From: an uncultured Armatimonadetes bacterium
GTDB taxonomy: Bacteria; Armatimonadota; UBA5829
Direction: 5' to 3'
Assembly: GCA_963711155.1 (NCBI GenBank)
Contig: CAVQDB010000003.1
Span: forward strand, 97,358 to 161,357
DNA: 64,000 nt
Below the pieces are notes generated by a model, which saw only the letters and a program-made list of their open reading frames with translations, did no database searches and was not told where the DNA came from. Each line of letters begins with the position of its first letter. The stretch's first letter is position 1. A program made the translations under genes and the position numbers. Positions 1-11,537 of the stretch are shown one piece after another.

Positions 1-548
1 GTGCTTCAGGCCATCCCACGGCGCGGGAGGCGGTTTCAGCCCGGGCGGGCGCGCCACCTTTGTGACCGACATATCGTCCAGCCACAGAACCGTCTCGCCC
101 TTCGCTTCGAACGCAATCTGGCACGAAACCGCGCTCGATGGCGGCATGAACGGCTCGCGAATCTCCGTCCAGCCCGAGGAATCCGCCTTGCCTGGAAGGA
201 TAGCAATCACCTTGGACCCGGCGCTGCGGTGCCCGCCGCCCTTTGCGTTGTAGTTGAGCGCGACCTGCGCGTTCGGGTTCGCGCCTCCGAGGCGATAGAA
301 GAATCGAATCTCGTACGCCTGCTCGGCCTGCATCGGCACATCGACACAGAGCGCGTTGTGCCCGGCCTGGACGCGCGCGGAGCTCTTCCCTGAGTGCGCA
401 ATCTTGGAATCGACGGTTATCAGGTCGGCGTTGCGACCCCACGCGGTCCATCGGTCGAGTCCGTTCTCGAACCCGCCGTTGGAGATCAGGTCGTCATTCG
501 CCGCCAGTCCCGGCGCACAGGCCGCGCACATAACCGCAATCACCAGCC
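1..548 (-). CDS. secreted CBM_4_9-like carbohydrate-binding protein; partial, C-terminus cut by the window edge
   Basis: My own reverse-complement translation from the ATG at 548 gives MTRIWLVIAVMCAACAPGLAANDDLISNGGFENGLDRWTAWG..., a signal peptide followed by the GGFE..W motif of CBM4/9-type modules. It is absent from the ORF track because it runs off the edge. Confidence 0.5.
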
Positions 549-557
549 ATATCCGTG

Positions 558-2328
558 TCATTGCGCGTCCGCTGCCTCCGCAATTACCTTGATCTGATCC
601 TCAGTGAGCTGCGCCGAGCAGAACAATGCAAACCCGCGATAGCCCTCCTCGCGCAGCACGTTGAGCTGGTCGCGCAGCACGCCTGCGTCCTGCGACGCTG
701 TCTGCTTCTTGCCGTCGACGGTCTTTCTCGTATAGAGCCCCAGGCCCGGATATATGCTCGCGAGCTTTCCGGCGGGGACATCTGCCTTATGCGCGGCCAG
801 GTCGTATCGCAGATCCTCGATCGTGTCGCAATAGTCCATCGGATTGCCGAAATCGAGCAGGTTCTGGCTCATCCAGCGATGCCCATCGCGCATGCACGTG
901 TAGTACTCCGCGCCGCCGAACCCGCCCGCCACCGACACCTCCAGCTTCGGGTCCTTCGCTTTCACGGCGTCATGCACCCGCCGCACGAGATCGGTCACGC
1001 AATCCGCCCGCCACTTCAGCCACTCCGCCCGCTTGACGGCCATGTTATCGCGATCCATCTTCACGCCGGAATCCGACCTCAGCCAATCGACGATCGCATG
1101 CACAAGCCGCGGCGGACCCTCTCCGGTGCTGCCGCCCGCGTTGAAGCACACCAGCGCGGTCCTGCCCGCGCCGTAGTGGTTCACGATCACCGCCGGCTGC
1201 CCGGAATCGAACCGCGCGACGATGATCCCACCGTCCGTCTCAGGCGCATATTCGCACGATGCCTTGAACGGGCTCTTCGGCACGAGACGCGACAGCGGAT
1301 GATCGCCGACCGCCTCGAGCTTCCGCCACCGCTCCGCCATCCAGCGCGCATCGGGCTTGATCCCGAGCACACCAGCAAGAGCCGTGTTCTTCCCAACGGT
1401 CGGCGCATCCAGCCACAGCACGCTGCCGCCGCGTTTGACGAAGCGCTCTATCGCATCGGTCATCTCGGGTCCGACGTCGTAGTAACGGCTCAACACAAGT
1501 GCGCCGGGCGCGCGGAGCGCATCTATATTGGCCGGCTTTTGAGTAATGAACCCGAACCCAACGCCCGCGCGGTCCATCAGGCTCTCGACCCAGGTCGTCT
1601 CCCACGGCCTGCCCTTTGAGCTATCGGTGTGCAGGACGCGCACCGGGAACGGATCCTTGTCGGCTGGAACGATCCTCTCCGCGTGATCCATGAGATCCGC
1701 CGGATCGAAGCCGTGTGACGCAATGAACGGCTTGCGGCCCGCCTCGGAGTAGTCGTAGAAGCTGCCGTAGTAGCGAATGTAGTCGAGCTGGATGCCGTCG
1801 ATGTCATAGGCAAGCGAGTCCTTCATCACCGACAGCAGGTAGTCGTTGACGCCCGGAATCTGCGGCGACAGGAAATAGGTTTCGCTCATCCGCACGCCAT
1901 CGATGTCCGTGCACAGCCACTCCGGCCTCGCGGGAGGCAGTCCCTTCGCGCCCTCGTAGTAGCACGCACTACCACGGGTGAACCTGAATACCAGACGCGT
2001 GCGCCTTCTCGATCACGTAGGCCAGCGGATCGTACTTGTCGTTGGCAACGACGGTGTGCAGGAAATGCGTGGACTTGTGCATCAGCGCGCCGTGCGCCAT
2101 CACGTTCGGGAGGATGACGTTGATCTTTGCGCGCCGGCAGTTGTCCAGCATCTTGTCAGCGGCCTGGGGCGTGCCGAACGAGCCCGCATCGACCCACATC
2201 GCGCGTACGGCGAACTGCTGATCCTTCGCGTGGACTGGGGCTGCGGCGCCGATCAGCGCCGCCGTCATCAGGAGGTACGCTGCAGTCTTCATTCGCTGAG
2301 TATAGGATAGACAGTCAGGGGCTGTCAA
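558..2328 (-). CDS. GHL10 family (YddW-like) glycoside-hydrolase-like lipoprotein; apparent frameshift between 1895 and 1969
   Basis: The 119-aa N-terminal ORF (signal peptide, RAMWVD, INVILPNV, GIQVHPW) and the 445-aa ORF (YDIDGIQLDYIRY) are two halves of one GHL10 protein in different frames. Confidence 0.6.
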
Positions 2329-4333
2329 CGTCCCCTGTAATGCGCATGTCGATTCTCAGCGGCGGCGTAAGCTCGCCGCGGACCCTCGCATTCAGCTCAT
2401 CATCTATGGGGATGCCCTCCCGCTCGCTGATGAGCTTCGCCTGCCACGCGAACCACAGGTCCGTGAGTGTGACCTCGCCCTCCCGGATAGTGGCAAACTC
2501 GTGGCTCAGAATCTCCTCCACGCCGCTGAGATCATTGAAGCGCAGCGCGAGTCTCGCCACAACGATCAGAATCCGCTCGTGGCGGCGTATCGCCGGCGGC
2601 ACCCCAGCCACAAACGCGCGGAGTTCATCCCACCTGCCCGCTCTCTCCAGCATACCGGCATACTCTATCGCAAGCGGCGCGATCTTCGGCCCGATCTCCC
2701 ACGCCTGACGCATGAGGCCGATTGCCGCCTCCAACTCGCCCTCTCTTTCCGAGAGCGCGGCCAGGTTCCGATACGCCCACCCCGACGGCCTGCGCTCGAT
2801 CGACCGCGTCCACGCTTCGCGCGCGCCCGTCGGGTCAAGATCCTCCATCCGCATAACGCCCAGATGCAGCCAGCCCAGCCAGTGGTCGCTCGCCCTGCCG
2901 GCAATCGATTCCTCCAGCAGCGCGCGCCACTCCGGACCGGTCATATACTGCCCCGGCTCGTCCAGCACATCGCGCTCGGGCAGCCCACCATCCCTCAGCA
3001 GCGCCAACCACGGCTCCTGATCGGGCCCAAGATCATCGCCAAACGGCATCCCGCGCGGTCGGTGGTGCGCCCGCTTGTCATGCTGAACTCGTTTCAGCAC
3101 CCATTCCAACGCGCCCCACGCTTCTCCAGCGGACAGAACCTCCTCCGGCGCCCTCTCGGCAACCGCAGCGAACTCCACGTCCAGCCGTTCCAACTCATCG
3201 CCCGGCAGCATATCGTCCAGCGCGCTCTCGACCGATCCTCTCGCCTCACTCCAATCTCGCGATTGCGCCTTGGCAGGATCGACGCGCATCAGGCCGAACG
3301 CCTCCGTCCACGCCCATTCCGTGTTGGCGGGCATCGGCACGGACTCCAACTGCGTCCGAGCAAGGCCGCCCTGTATCTCCAGATAAGCCCGGCCCGGCCC
3401 CAGCAGGTGCTCCTGCCAGCGGCGACCGCCCCGGCCCGACCCCCACGCGAACATCTTCCGCCCGCGCAGCCTCGACGTGGACGCGTGAACCAGCCCCTCG
3501 CCGCGCCCGTCCACGCACGCCACCCACGGCCTGCGGCCCTCATCCAGGCGGAAGAACATCTCCCGGGAGCGGCTGATGCTGGTCGGGCAGGTGAGATCGC
3601 GACCGTCGAGCACCGGCAGCTCCGCGCACGACAGCCCGCCCTTGGCGTCATGGATCGCCGAATCCGCCGGCGCGATCACCCTGCGGTCAGGACTCTCCGG
3701 CACGGCGATATTCGTCCACCAATACATGGGAATCTCCGTGTCGTGGGGGTTGATGACGCGAACGCGCGCGAACAGGAATTCCGAGCCCGAGGGCAGATGA
3801 AAGTCGATCTGATATGGAAACCTCTTCACCCGCTCCCACGCATACAGCCTCAGCACGGGCCCACCATTCGCCGCCACTCTCGCCGCGAACATCGGCCCGC
3901 AGGTGAGGTAATGGTGCCCGCACAGCGGCGTGTTCCACTCGACCCCGCCCGCGATCCACGCGCTTCTCAGCGCCACGTTCGCCGGCTGGAAATGCTTGAC
4001 CGGTTCGAGAAGCTCGATTCCGGTGGGCTTATGCGCCAGCGACGCCAGCCGCCCACCTATCTCCGGCAGCACGACCGCCCTCAGGTGCTCGTTTTCCAGC
4101 GTGATCGCAACGAACTCGCGGGGCCGCAACTCGCGGTCAAACCCGTCCTGCATCCGGTAGGGCAGCACCCTGAACCTGATCTCCCAACCCAGATGAGTCC
4201 GGTCCGCCTCGGGTACGCTGTCGTCAACCTTGACCTGCGTGCTGGGGCTTGCGTGCCTGAAATGCGGCAGGGGATTCTCGGGGCCAAGACCGGCCGCGGG
4301 CAATGCGAGGCGATCGACAGTCAGTGTGGTCAT
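2315..4333 (-). CDS. large conserved hypothetical protein, DUF5107-like N-terminal region plus a C-terminal TPR-like helical region
   Basis: The 672-aa ORF has normal amino-acid composition. The C-terminal third is helical-repeat-like. It contains an in-frame copy of the ATGCTGAAC palindrome (peptide EWVLKRVQHD). Confidence 0.5.
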   Translation of the reverse strand: MTTLTVDRLALPAAGLGPENPLPHFRHASPSTQVKVDDSVPEADRTHLGWEIRFRVLPYRMQDGFDRELRPREFVAITLENEHLRAVVLPEIGGRLASLAHKPTGIELLEPVKHFQPANVALRSAWIAGGVEWNTPLCGHHYLTCGPMFAARVAANGGPVLRLYAWERVKRFPYQIDFHLPSGSEFLFARVRVINPHDTEIPMYWWTNIAVPESPDRRVIAPADSAIHDAKGGLSCAELPVLDGRDLTCPTSISRSREMFFRLDEGRRPWVACVDGRGEGLVHASTSRLRGRKMFAWGSGRGGRRWQEHLLGPGRAYLEIQGGLARTQLESVPMPANTEWAWTEAFGLMRVDPAKAQSRDWSEARGSVESALDDMLPGDELERLDVEFAAVAERAPEEVLSAGEAWGALEWVLKRVQHDKRAHHRPRGMPFGDDLGPDQEPWLALLRDGGLPERDVLDEPGQYMTGPEWRALLEESIAGRASDHWLGWLHLGVMRMEDLDPTGAREAWTRSIERRPSGWAYRNLAALSEREGELEAAIGLMRQAWEIGPKIAPLAIEYAGMLERAGRWDELRAFVAGVPPAIRRHERILIVVARLALRFNDLSGVEEILSHEFATIREGEVTLTDLWFAWQAKLISEREGIPIDDELNARVRGELTPPLRIDMRITGDVDSP

Positions 4334-4415
4334 TTGTCAATTGTAGCACATAGCAAGAGCGCAGCGAAGAACCACGTAGATTCTTCGCTGCGCTCAGAAT
4401 GACAGAGCCCAGTGG

Positions 4416-5391
4416 CTATTTGGGCTTCTTGCCCGCGCCTGGCTTCACATTCGGCGCCGGCATCGGATACTGCATCGGCGGAGGCGGGTTCTTGATCTGA
4501 TCCACCATATACTTGTACTGAGGCAGCTCGATCTTGATGTCGGACTTCTTCCTCTGTGCCTCGAGCTTCTTCTGGAAGTCGGTATCGGTCATGGTCTTCT
4601 GCAGCGCGGCAATGCCCTTGACCTCGGACTTGACCTTCTCGAAGCTCAGGTCGAGCTTGGGCTGGGTGCCCAGAACATTTAGAACCGCATACAGCGTACC
4701 GTACGGAGGCAGTTCCATGGTAAACGGCTTGCTTACCTTCCCCACCTTCAGCGGCTTGGCGGCGTCCCACAGGGCCGGCAACTTCCCGTTATCCTCGACG
4801 AAGGCCTTGGGAGTGCCTGTTACGGCAAACTCCTGGTCGGCATACTTTCCGACCGCCGCATCGAAGTCCATCCCGTTCTTGATCGCCTTTGCGGCGTCAT
4901 CGACCTTCTTCGAGGACGTGCTCAGCAGGACAGCCACCTGCTTGCGCGGCCCGTGCACGAAGCGAGGCTTGAGCTGGTTATACAAGGTCATCAGCTCGTC
5001 GTCCGTGAACTTATACATCTTTTCGCCGAGATTCATCCTGGCCTGCTGTTCGCGCAGGGTGCCCATGAAAGCAGCCTCACCGCCGGAATTCCGCACGCGG
5101 TCCTCATAGTTGCCATCGCGCTTGACAACCTCTATCTGCTTGTCGAGCTGCTCATCGGTTACCGGCACCTTCTCCTTCTCGGCCCAATTGAGCAGAACTT
5201 GCTGGTCGATGATCACCGGCAGGATCTGCCTGCCGAAGCCCATGCTCGAGGTACTCGCGGTACTGAGTTCCCGAGATCGGCTTTCCATCGACGGTCGCCA
5301 CCGTCTTTGGCAAGCCGGTTTCCTTGCCCCCACACCCCGCCAGCGCGAACGCCAGCATCGCAACCAGTATCAGGGCGGCTGTTCTCTTCAT
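4416..5391 (-). CDS. SurA/PpiD-like periplasmic chaperone lipoprotein (SurA N-domain type); frameshift near 5240
   Basis: The N-terminal ORF starts MKRTAALILVAMLAFALAGCGG, a lipobox. It continues in the 315-aa ORF, which resembles the SurA N-terminal chaperone domain. Confidence 0.5.
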
Positions 5392-5581
5392 AGTTGGTGT
5401 TTGCTCCTTTGAAATCGATGTCCGAGGTCGGAGGTCCTCTCGGCTCCGCCAGACGGCCACACGCAAGTCTTAGCCACGGTGCGTCTGTATTCCTGCCCGC
5501 CTGAGCAAACTACCCACTAAAGAAGAGCTTCAAACCACGGTTGGGAATAGTGGAACAACCGATATGGCGGCCAAATTCGGG

Positions 5582-5610
5582 TTGACTGCCCGCGGATTGG
5601 CTGCTATATT
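5582..5610 (+). promoter_or_regulatory. sigma70-type promoter, TTGACT-17bp-TATATT, upstream of amidase paralog 1
   Basis: The sequence gttgactgcccgcggattggctgctatattgg sits about 50 bp upstream of an AGGGAGA RBS and the ATG at 5663. Confidence 0.5.
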
Positions 5611-5662
5611 GGAGTTGTGACACGCCACTGTTCACAGTGTTGTGATACAAGGGAGAAGTATA

Positions 5663-8482
5663 ATGCATTGCCGCATCGCCACTCGCGTGCTCACGCTGAC
5701 CGTGAGCGCATGCCTCTTTCTCACCGCTTTGCCCGCGTTCTCTGCAGTAGTATGCTACCTTGACGCCGGCAATTCGCCTTATCTGATGGACTTGCCGGCC
5801 ATCACATCGCCGGTCGCGGCGCTCGACGCCCTCGCGTCTCCGCCCGCCGGGTTTGGCTCAGCCATTCCGCCCGGCACGCACGTCGTGTCGTTCATCGCCG
5901 AGCAGGACTACACCGAGGTGGACTTCTCCCAGGCGATCCTTGCCAACGGAATGGGCGAGTCGCGCATATCGAACATCTTCGACCAAGTGCGCATGACTCT
6001 CGAGCAGTTTGGCCTTTCGCGCAGCATAAGAATGACCGCTCAAGGCACACCGCTCTACGAGTATCTGCCACCGGTGCAGCCCGTCGAGCCGAGTCCTGAG
6101 GCACAGGCGGAGACCCCGCCACAGCCGTCCACCACCGGACTGGCCGGCAGGAAGATCACGCTGTCGCCGGGACACGGCCAGCGCTGGGCCGGCAGCAGTT
6201 GGCTATATGAGCGCCCCGTCTACTGCTCTTTTCCCTGTGAGGACGACCATAACGATGAGATCGTTCGCTACCTCGATATCTACCTGCGCCAGGACGGCGC
6301 GACCACCAAGCTCTGCAGGTGTATCGACAAGAGCTACGGCAACTACTCCAACGGCAACGCGTGGTGGAGAATGTCGGCTCCATACTGGCTCAAGAACATG
6401 GGCTATCCCTGTTCGGTATACGGCAGCTTGACCGGCTGCACTCTCGGCTCCGGCGCAGACGAGACTGATGACGGTATTCGAGCACGGCCGCTGGCCTCCG
6501 ACTACGACAACTCCGATATCTACATTTCCAGCCATACTAACGGCAACGCAGGCAACTGCTACGGCACCGGCTGCGCCACCGGAACCGCGACATACTACGA
6601 TACGTGCGCCGAGCACGCCACCTGGGGCGCCATAAGCAAGACGCTGGCTCAAGACGTCGAGGCCGCTATCGTCAGCGCGATCAGGACGAAATACGCCGAC
6701 TCCTCCTGGCGCGACAGGGGCACCGCCAACTCAAACGGCGGCTTCGGCGAGATCCGCATACCGAACCGCGCCGCCATTCTCATCGAGTTTGCGTTCCACG
6801 ACAGTTGCGACGGCGACGCCGTCTATCTCAAGGACAACTTCTTCAGGTCTACGTGCACGTGGGCCATGTATAAGGGCGTCTGCGACTACTTTGGATCCAC
6901 GCCCACCTGGGACTACTACTCCTACGAGATCGTGAGCAACGACATACCGGACACCATGAACCGCAACGAGACCCGTACCGCCCACATCACGCTTCGCGAC
7001 CGAGGCGTGCTGTGGAACGAGGCCAGGCAGTTCCGTCTCGGCGCGGTCGGCGACTCCGATCCGTTCTCAGCCTCGACCCGCTACACAATCACCGGAGAAG
7101 TCGAGCCCAGCGCGACCTACACGTTCACGCTCACCCTTACGGCACCCAGCACGGTCGGCGCCTACACCACCGACTGGAGAATGCTTCGCGAAGGCGTCAC
7201 CTGGTTCGGGCCGACCATCTCGAAGACCGTGACGGTAGTCGATCCGAACCCCGACGACGAGCCGCCCACCAAGCCCACCAACCTGACCGCAACGCTCGTG
7301 GGCCAGAGCCAGATCGATCTGGCATGGACGGCATCCACCGACAACCAGGGCGTCATGGGCTACAAGATATACCGCAACGGGTCGTTCCGCACGACCACCA
7401 CATCGACATCCTATTCCGATACAGGGCTGAGCTCCGGCGACACGTTCACCTATCAGGTATCGGCCTATGATTCGCACGACAACGAGTCCGAGCTATCCGA
7501 TCCGGCATCGGCCACCACGCCCGTCATCACGAACATCATCATAGACAACACCAGCGCCTCATTCGTCGGCAGTTGGTCGACCGGAACCGACGGGACCACC
7601 AAGTATGGCGCCGACTACCGCTATGGCGCCTGCTCTCCGAGCACCGGCCGCATCGCGAGGTGGGTCCCGGACGTGGACGTGCCCGGCATGTATCTGGTCT
7701 ATGTGTGGTACGCCAGCGACACCAATAGATCGACCAGAGCCCCGTACACCGTCGTCTACAGCGGCGGATCGACTATCGTGCAGGTGGACCAGACCGCCAA
7801 CGGCGGAAAGTGGGTCACGCTTGGCATGTTCCCGCTTATCGCGGGCATCAACGGCTACGTTCAGCTCTCCAATGGCACCGGCGAATCGGCCTCGACCTAT
7901 GTGGTCGCCGATGCGGCCAGATTCTTCTACGTGAGGCCGTTTGACACGACCGCGCCGACCATCAACTCGGTTCTCACCACGCCGAGACTCGTCTCGGGCG
8001 GTGTGCCGATTTCGGTCAGTGTTTCGGCCACTGACGACGTCGGAGTAACCGGCGTTACGGCCTGTGGTACCACTCTTTCGCTGACGGGCAGTTCGTGGAC
8101 CGGCAGCATCAGCACCGATCCGGCACTCGGAGAGCACACCGTCACGGTGACCGCCGCCGATGCCGCCGGCAACGAGGTGACAAACAGCGATCAGACCTAT
8201 GTGACCGCGCCGGTCTACGGAATCCCGAACGCCGGCCTGACCACCGGTGACGCGGCGGAGTACGCGGCCAGCAAGTTCCTGTTCAAGACCTGGGGGTCGG
8301 TCACTTTCGTGGACGCCAGTCATTTCGACATCAACGACGGCTCGCCAACGTCCGTGAGGGTCTATTGCCCCAGCCACAATCTCACCTCGGGCAGATTTGT
8401 GACGGTGATCGGTGTCTGGAACACGACGACCAGCCCGGCGCAGCTCGAGGTCCAACCGAGTCAGGTGACCGTAGTGTATTAG
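5663..8482 (+). CDS. secreted multidomain N-acetylmuramoyl-L-alanine amidase, paralog 1 (SP / GerMN-like / Amidase_3 / NBR1-like / FN3 / golvesin-C-like / Ig-like / OB-like)
   Basis: Signal peptide. The GerMN-like pattern is PVAALDALASPPAG..GSAIPPGT. Amidase_3 motifs are ITLSPGHG, SSHTNG, GTATYY and IPNRAAILIEFAFHDS, in a Cys-rich context. The FN3 segment is KPTNLTATLVGQSQIDLAWTAS. The golvesin-like segment is ASFVGSWSTGT..YGADYRYG. Confidence 0.75.
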   Translation: MHCRIATRVLTLTVSACLFLTALPAFSAVVCYLDAGNSPYLMDLPAITSPVAALDALASPPAGFGSAIPPGTHVVSFIAEQDYTEVDFSQAILANGMGESRISNIFDQVRMTLEQFGLSRSIRMTAQGTPLYEYLPPVQPVEPSPEAQAETPPQPSTTGLAGRKITLSPGHGQRWAGSSWLYERPVYCSFPCEDDHNDEIVRYLDIYLRQDGATTKLCRCIDKSYGNYSNGNAWWRMSAPYWLKNMGYPCSVYGSLTGCTLGSGADETDDGIRARPLASDYDNSDIYISSHTNGNAGNCYGTGCATGTATYYDTCAEHATWGAISKTLAQDVEAAIVSAIRTKYADSSWRDRGTANSNGGFGEIRIPNRAAILIEFAFHDSCDGDAVYLKDNFFRSTCTWAMYKGVCDYFGSTPTWDYYSYEIVSNDIPDTMNRNETRTAHITLRDRGVLWNEARQFRLGAVGDSDPFSASTRYTITGEVEPSATYTFTLTLTAPSTVGAYTTDWRMLREGVTWFGPTISKTVTVVDPNPDDEPPTKPTNLTATLVGQSQIDLAWTASTDNQGVMGYKIYRNGSFRTTTTSTSYSDTGLSSGDTFTYQVSAYDSHDNESELSDPASATTPVITNIIIDNTSASFVGSWSTGTDGTTKYGADYRYGACSPSTGRIARWVPDVDVPGMYLVYVWYASDTNRSTRAPYTVVYSGGSTIVQVDQTANGGKWVTLGMFPLIAGINGYVQLSNGTGESASTYVVADAARFFYVRPFDTTAPTINSVLTTPRLVSGGVPISVSVSATDDVGVTGVTACGTTLSLTGSSWTGSISTDPALGEHTVTVTAADAAGNEVTNSDQTYVTAPVYGIPNAGLTTGDAAEYAASKFLFKTWGSVTFVDASHFDINDGSPTSVRVYCPSHNLTSGRFVTVIGVWNTTTSPAQLEVQPSQVTVVY

Positions 8483-8494
8483 CAGAACCTCCTT

Positions 8495-8526
8495 GCTTCC
8501 GAGACCGCAATACCGGTCTCGGAAGC
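8495..8526 (+). terminator. hairpin immediately after amidase paralog 1; no strong T-tract
   Basis: gcttccgagaccg caata ccggtctcggaagc. Confidence 0.3.
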
Positions 8527-8572
8527 TACTCGTCTGCAGGTCATGGTATACTGAACTAGGAGGTTGATCAAT

Positions 8573-11400
8573 ATGCACTACAGCCTACTGGATCGCGGTC
8601 TCATTCTGGCCTTCATTCTGGCCTGTATTCTCGCAGTAGCGGGTCCATCGTCGGCGGCCGTAGTATGCTACCTGGACGCCAACAACTCACCTTATCTTAT
8701 GGACATCCCGAGCATAACGTCGCCGGTCGAGGCGCTGGACGCTCTCGCCTCCCCGCCGGCCGGGTATAGCTCCGCCATTCCGCCGGGCACGCACGTCGTA
8801 TCCTTCATTGCCGAACAGGACTACACCGCCGTAGACTTCTCGCAGGCAATCGTTGCGCTCGGAATGGATGAAGTTCGAATATCGAACATCTTCGATCAGG
8901 TGCGCAGCACGCTCGAGCAGTTCAGTCTTTCGCCGAACATAAGGACAACCGCGCAGGGCACGGCGCTCTACGAGTACTTGCCGCCGGTACAGCCCATCGA
9001 GCCGAATCCGCAGGCGCAGGAGCAGACCCCGCCGCAGCCGTCCACCACCGGACTGGCCGGCAAGAAGATCACGCTGTCGCCCGGACACGGCCAGGTATGG
9101 CTGGGCAGCTACTGGGGCTACGAACGCCCCGTTACCTGCGGGCTCGCCTGCGAGGACGATCACAACGACGAGATCGTGCGATTCCTCAACATCTACCTGC
9201 AGCAGGACGGCGCCACAACCAAGCTCTGCAGATGCATCGACAAGAGCTACGGCAACTACGCCAACGGCAACGCCTGGTGGAGAATGTCCGCGCCGTACTG
9301 GCTCAAGAGCCTGGGCTATCCGTGCTCCGTCTACGCCAACTCCACCGGCGACTGCAATCTTGGCTCCGGCGCCAGCGAAACCAGCGACGGCATCCGGTCC
9401 CGGCCGCTGGCCTCGGACTACGACAACTCCGACATCTACATTTCTCATCATACCAACGCTCTTTCCGGCTACTGCACAGGCTCCGGCTGTCCGAACGGCA
9501 CGATTACCTACTATGACACCTCCAGCGAGCACGCCACCTGGGGCGCCATAAGCAAGACCCTGGCCCAGAAGGTCCAGTCCGCGGTCATCAGTGCGATCAA
9601 GACCAAGTACTCGGATTCGTCGTGGCGCGACAGGGGCACGGCTGACTCAGACGGCGACTATGGCGAGATTCGCATTCCCAACCGCGCCGCCATCCTCATA
9701 GAGCTGGCCTTCCACGATACCTGTGACTGGGATGCCGAGTATCTCAAGGACAACTTCTTCAGGTCTACATGCATGTGGGGCATATACAAGGGCGTCTGCG
9801 ACTACTTCGGCACGACGCCCACCTACGACTACTACTCCTACGAGATCGTGAGCAATGACATACCCGACACGATGAACCGCAACGAGACTTATACCTGTCA
9901 CATCACGCTTCGCAACCGAGGCGTGCTCTGGTCGGAGGCCAGGCAGTTCCGCCTGGGCGCGGTCGGCGACTCCGACCCGTTCACGACCGCGACGCGCTGC
10001 ACCATCACCGGAGAAGTCGATCCCAGCGCGACCTATACGTTCACGCTCACCCTCAAGGCACCCAACACGGTCGGCGCCTACACGACCGACTGGAGAATGC
10101 TTCGCGAGGGCGTTTCCTGGTTCGGCCCGACCGTTTCCAAAACCGTTCTCCGTGGTCGATCCAACGCCCGACGACGAGCCGCCCACCAAGCCCACCAACC
10201 TGACCGCAACGCTCGTGGGCCAGAGCCGAGATCAACCTGGCCTGGACCGCTTCCACCGACAACCAGGGCGTCATGGGCTACAAGATATACCGCAACGGGT
10301 CGTTCCGCACGACCACCACGGTGACATCGTATTCCGACACCGGGCTGAGTTCCGGTGACACGTTCACCTATCAGGTATCGGCCTATGATTCGCACGATAA
10401 CGAATCCGAGCTGTCCGATCCGGCATCGGCCACTACGCCGGTCGTCACGAACATCATCATAGACAACACCAGCGCCTCATTCATCGGCAGTTGGTCGACC
10501 GGAACGGACGGGACCACCAAGTATGGCGCCGACTACCGCTACGGCCCCTGTTCGCCGAGCACCGGCCGCATCGCGAGGTGGATCCCGGACGTGGACGTGC
10601 CCGGTATGTATCTGGTCTATGTTTGGTACGCGAGCGACACCAATAGATCGACCAAGGCTCCATTCACCATTGTCTACGACGGTGGATCGACGACCGTGGA
10701 GGTGAACCAGACCGCCAACGGCGGAAAGTGGGACCCGATTGGCATTTTCCCGTTCATAGCGGGCATCCACGGTTACGTTCAGCTCTCCAATGGCACAGGC
10801 GAATCGGCCTCGACGTATGTGGTTGCCGATGCGGCCAGATTCTTCTACGTGAGGCCGATCGATACGGCCGCGCCGACCATCAACTCGGTTGTCGCGACGC
10901 CGCGCCTGGTCTCCGGCGGTGTGCCGATTGCGGTCAGTGTCTCGGCGACTGACGACGTCGGAGTAACCGGCGTTACGGCCTGCGGCGCCAGTCTCTCGCT
11001 GACGGGCAGTTCGTGGACCGGCAGCATCAGCACCGATCCCGCGCTCGGAGAGCATGTCGTGACGGTGACCGCCACCGACGCCGCGGGCAACGAGGCGACG
11101 AACACCGATGAGACCTACGTGACCGCCCCGGTCTACGGAATCCCGAACGCCGGCCTGACCACCGGTGACGCGGCGGAGTACGCGGCCAGCAAGTTCCTGT
11201 TCAAGACCTGGGGGTCGGTCACTTTCGTGGACGCCAGCAATTTCGACATCAACGACGGCTCGCCAACGTCCGTAAGGGTCTTCTGCCCCAGCCACAACCT
11301 GACCACGGGCAGATTTGTAACGGTGATCGGTGTCTGGAACACGACCACCAGCCCGGCGCGGCTCGAGGTCCAGCCGAGTCAGATATCTATCGTGTATTGA
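8573..11400 (+). CDS. multidomain amidase paralog 2, same architecture; frameshifted between about 10140 and 10275
   Basis: ORFs 8564..10324 and 10273..11400 are collinear with paralog 1 at about 85-90% identity. The frame changes inside the NBR1/FN3 junction. Confidence 0.65.
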
Positions 11401-11403
11401 ACC

Positions 11404-11475
11404 GAAACACGCATCGTTGTCCGCTCGTCCAGTCCAGGGAGCGCCGGCGATGCGTGTTTCTTTGATTATTCGGGG
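11404..11475 (+). terminator. long inverted repeat gaaacacgcatcg...cgatgcgtgtttc followed by a T-rich tract, after paralog 2
   Basis: A 13-bp perfect inverted repeat, then tttctttgattatt. Confidence 0.4.
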
Positions 11476-11537
11476 CTGCGGTTCGGCCTGAGACATCATC
11501 GTCCGATCGGCGATGACTATAATGGGGGAGGTATTCG

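Noticed and set aside
2501-4402. 633-aa + strand ORF overlapping the 672-aa minus-strand gene
   Set aside because: It has the Arg/Pro/Leu-rich composition typical of antisense frames in high-GC DNA. The opposite strand encodes a protein with normal composition.
8687-10395. Minus-strand ORFs (281, 183 and 105 aa) inside amidase paralog 2; similar ORFs lie inside paralogs 1 and 3 and the C39 gene (for example 14659..15672 and 15147..15947)
   Set aside because: They are Gly/Arg/Val-rich antisense artefacts of high-GC coding sequence. The sense-strand proteins carry clear domain motifs.
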